Assembly: GCA_965644265.1 (NCBI GenBank)
Contig: OZ286459.1
Coordinates: forward strand, 51,398,001-51,462,000
Reading direction: 5' to 3'
DNA: 64,000 bases
DNA from: Glycera tridactyla
Lineage: Eukaryota
The notes beneath the pieces were generated by a model that did no database searches, was not told the DNA's origin, and saw only the letters and a list, made by a program, of their open reading frames with translations. The translations under genes and the position numbers were made by a program. Every line of letters begins with the position of its first letter. The stretch's first letter is position 1. Below, one piece after another: positions 60,035-64,000 of this stretch.

Positions 60035-61494
60035 CCCCCTGAAATATCATGAGTCAGCAATTCAGGTTCTAAATGATCTACTGATTCATCTGAGGGCAAT
60101 TCATCATAATCCAGCTCATCCTCAACCTCCTCCTCAAACTCAATAGGAGGATCTGGAATCACAGGATCCTTACTAGCAACTTTGGGCTTCTCTGGCAAGG
60201 GACCTAATAGAGGCCTGAATGAGAAATCTGTCTCTGATTCGCAAACTGACTCACAACTACTCTTGGTAGGAGACAGAGCTAACCTCTTTACCTGAACTGA
60301 CAGTTTCTTAGGAGTAGACTCAGATTTGACAGATTTTGGCAAGCTCAGGCGCAAACTTGACATAAACTTCTCAGAACGCGAAGCAGAAGCCACTTGAGAG
60401 CTAGTAGCCTGAGGAAAAGCCACCCTTACGATACGAGGGGCTCTACTAACAATAGACTCCCCCGCTCCCGGACACTTGCGGAATGTGATGCAGGTTCAGA
60501 ACCTGAGGACGCATGAGACAGCGCATATTTCCGAGTGCGATTTACTCTTCTTTCATAGTGCCGCTTCCATGTGGCTGACAGCCAGTCCACACATACATCA
60601 CAAATCAACTCCTCGCCGAACTGATCGCGTCCTTTACCACAGTCCCTGCAGGAGGGGCACAATCTATGATTGTCCCATGCCGCATAACAATGCCCGCAAT
60701 CACCTCTAGTCTGGCCCTCGGCTGACATACTAGAGATACAACAATTCTGTAATGCTATGAAAATCACAGATCACTATACAGTGACCATTACACATGAACC
60801 ATGAATAATCTATGTACTGGTTATACTGCCCAGGTTGTCCCATTCTCAACAACAGTGACATATGACAACGTGGGTGGAGTTTGCTGATGAAAACACAGCT
60901 ATGAAGTCTTGTTTGTTTACTTGAAGTTGCAAACTGACCAACCCTGCCTCCACACCAGCACAGAAAACAATTTAATAGTGACGACAACGTTTGTCTTACA
61001 GCTGCGCTTCACGCTCAATGTAGTCACAAATTGAACAACACGTCAGCGAAGACTGCAATGTTGTCGCAAATTGAACAACAGCGCTGACGCACGATAGCAC
61101 GTGCGGAAGCGTGTCCGCACAACGAAGTTAAATTCGCCGCTGCGAGGCGAGGAATAATTCCACAACCTTCACACACTTACGAGAATGATCTCTACAATAA
61201 CGCAAAACTATTCTGTTGCAGCGACTTGCATAGGTATATGTGAAGCTCAGTTTTCTTAGCAAAAATTGATGGGGAATTCTCGAATACGGCAATGCAAATG
61301 GCCGAAACAAGAAAATACGAAGAGCGCATGCGCGCAGTTTGCCTGGTTCGCGGTAGATATGCTAGGTGGCGATATGCGGGACGGCCGGGTCCAAGACTCT
61401 AAATAGATTTTCTATTCATTGTTGTGAAGTTCGAGTGTAGGTAGTTTGGCATGGGGGATGCAGAATTTGAGGGAGAGACAGGTACGGTATTAAC
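60035..61494 (-). mobile_element. DIRS1-like element G: left ITR, 5' UTR, gag N-terminus
   Basis: Starts GTTAATACCGTACC at 61494; CGHCYAAWDNHRLCPSCRDC..CDVC..W (60426-60767); cut by the LINE-g 3' end. Confidence 0.9.
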
Positions 61495-62514
61495 TCGAGA
61501 CGCAGAGCATGCACATCGGCCACGATTGTACACATGCTGCAAACAGGCTTTCTCGAAATTGATTTGGATAACCTATGCGAAGAGCGCATGTGGTGAAATT
61601 CGCCGGAACTAGCCAGCATGCAATGTGAAGAGGATGTCGAGATGATGCTGGCTCTTCCATATGTAATCCTTCCAAAATGAAGAGCAACAAGAACAAATCA
61701 TCCGACAGGCTTGTAGGAGTATTCCCTCCTCAGACCAAGATGATGATCATGGCTGGTGATCAGATTCTAATTTCAGTTCAAATTCAAATGAACAGCAGAA
61801 AGTGAAGTTTCAGACTTGAGGTTCCCATGATTTTGTCCCATTATAATTGATGGCTTCACTCCTGTGGATGTTACTTCTGAAGTTAGATGTCACAACTGTC
61901 TAGAAAATGTAAAAGTTTGCGTGATCAGACTTTACTGGTACTCATTCTGGATTTCTTTGCTCAATTGATCTATGAATGCACACATATTTCCAATCCATTG
62001 GACTTAACTATCAGTACAAACATGTAAGGAGTCATAGAGTTGAGATTGTGAATATATATTTATTTTGATGAGAAAATCTTCAATGAGAGATGAGACAGAG
62101 TCAATGGATGATCAATATAAGCAGAAATAAACACTCATTGTTATGACATAGGGACAAGTCACCATGTACCAATATGTGAATATTCACCAGAGCAATTCAT
62201 ATTGGAGTTGTACCAAGTATCACAGAAACGGGATGTATATGGCAGACATATGCAGAAATGATCAACTCTCAACATACGTCAGTCATTCGCATTCACTCCA
62301 CACATAGAAAGTTTGAAATCCCCATGTTTGAGATACAATATGGATAAATATATGACCTAAGTATATCGGAGGAATAGTGATAAGAAAACACAGTCCTGAT
62401 TTACTGATCCAAAGGTGATGATCCAACAATGTCTGTAGCCTTAAGTAGAACTGGAATTGTAAATGGAGAGTAGCTGTAATCAGAGCATGGTTAAATAAAG
62501 TCTCAAGAATATAA
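61495..62514 (-). mobile_element. Fragment of an LTR retrotransposon related to the solo LTR (LTR end at 61662, possible decayed PBS)
   Basis: 61662-61724 shares TGTAATCCTTCCAA..TCATCCGACAGGCTTGTAGGAGTATTC with 50276-50338. On the - strand, TTACA is followed by TATGGAAGAGCCAGC. Confidence 0.5.
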
Positions 62515-64000
62515 GTTCAATCACTGTACCATTTCTCCCTCAAATTTAGCATTCCCCGGGCCGATAGGCCTATGTGCAAACATTACAACAACACGAATAA
62601 TAATTTGTGAACTGAGACCTCCCTCCACCCTACATTAACACAAGGTGGCTGTGACCTACAGGTCACTTCCTGTTAACCTAATATCAGCGTATTTTTCAAC
62701 TTCGCCATATTAGAGACAGTTGAGAAGTACCCGGGCTCCAAGAGAATAATAATTCATACAGTATATTCTTGTCGCCTACGGTTCAGGAGGATACTGCCTG
62801 TGTTCGGAACTATAATAGAATCATTCCGCTCATAGGTGGTGTCTCTTGGATATATTGTGAACTTGTTATTGAACAAACATTATTGATGCGTGGCACGGCC
62901 GTGTCAGGCCAGGTCAATGCATGCCTGTATTGATATATGTTGAAATAGTGCTAGGCACTTGTGATTTTCATATCATTCATAGTTGTTATTGTTGCGGCTG
63001 CGGTGCAGCTGTTGCAGCGTTGCTGCACACACGTTAGTGTAGTGGACATTTCGTGTGTGTAGTGAGTCCCGCACATGATGTCGGCATCAGTGCCTTTGCC
63101 ACAGAAGCACGGCGCATGTGGCCATTTTAAGGCGAGTTGGGATATGCACGCCAAGTGCGCGTCTTGCCGTTCATCTTGGAGCCCTCAAACCCGTTCATCT
63201 GTTGAGCCCTCCAACCCTGTATGTTCTCCAGTCAGGTTTCCAAGCTCTGAGCATGATAACGTGTCTGTGGCAGACTCAAGAGATAGCTGGGAAGCAATAT
63301 CCTTGAGACAGAGATCCTCAGGAAGTATAAGTCCAGGAAGACTAGGTTTCACAAAGAGGACATTAGTCTAGTGTCTAATGAGGTGTCAAGTTCTATTTCA
63401 TGTAGTCCAGCTTTAGCAGCGAAATTTGCTAAGACAACTCCGACACATAGTGTTACTCATATTCATTCAGATGATGGGGATGTGGAGCCGATAGTTACTC
63501 ATGAGATGTCTGATAAAGATTCTCGTTACTCATGTGGCCCAGAGTCTGTTGGGAGTCCGGAATACGAGCCAGTTACAGACGAGGAGCCTGTAGGCCATCT
63601 GGTACATATGGACATAGATGGTCCCATTGTCCAGCCAGATACAGATGTTGGATCTGGTGTAGAGCATGATAGCTCATGTCCAGTGTCCCCGGCCAGGCCC
63701 TCAGTTTCTTTGGGACAAGGATATTGTCCAGGAGCTGTGTCCGGTGATGACATGGACGTGTCCGGTGACGATAGTCACGACAGAGAAGGTCCGGTGTCAT
63801 TGGGAGGCCATAATCAAGCGTCCGGTAGTGGTAAAGTGGCTGATAAGTCGGTAAACATGGCCAGTGAGACCGCACTGGACGAGGAGATGTCCGGTGACGT
63901 TCGTAGCCCCGGTTACGAGCCGGATGGCGTAGGGATAGGCCAGGTGAGTGCGCCGGACGTAGAGATGTCCGGCCACGAATCTGTGGGCAGAAGTAGCGGC
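62515..64000 (+). mobile_element. DIRS1-like element F (same family as A): left ITR, 5' UTR, gag with a ~200-bp deletion; continues beyond the window
   Basis: Starts GTTCAATCACTGTACCATTTCTCCCTCAAAT, identical to one half of the H ICR; MSASVPLPQKHGACGHFKASWDMHAKC; frame open from ~63355 to 64000 and colinear with A. Confidence 0.93.

Overview
Animal (probably invertebrate) genomic DNA made almost entirely of nested, mostly decayed transposable elements; I found no host gene, rRNA, tRNA or CRISPR. Contents: (i) about seven CR1/L2-type (APE-RT) non-LTR retrotransposon pieces, including a near-intact one at 1-5349 and a 10.8-kb tandem array of 5.5 copies of a dead 1.96-kb LINE segment (5349-16131); (ii) about ten pieces of DIRS1-like tyrosine-recombinase retrotransposons from several families (Gag-like ORF with a Cys/His N-terminus, RT, RNase H, Dam-like methylase domain, YR, ITR/ICR termini); (iii) a 942-bp solo LTR with a 4-bp TSD and a related LTR fragment; (iv) two decayed Academ-like (XPG/PIN-domain) DNA transposon remnants; (v) two N gaps. 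The most interesting signal is the LINE at 1-5349, which appears to have three ORFs. Between ORF1 and ORF2 is a separate SGNH-esterase gene with an ACCATGG start overlapping the ORF1 stop and a candidate phase-0 GT-AG intron, followed by a 1.25-kb spacer with three copies of a hairpin. Other notable signals are a terminal hairpin and a pre-Gag 16-mer conserved across divergent DIRS families, and DIRS-into-DIRS junctions that fall exactly at these signals. Translations and alignments were done by eye. Boundaries are base-exact only where a TSD or junction is quoted.
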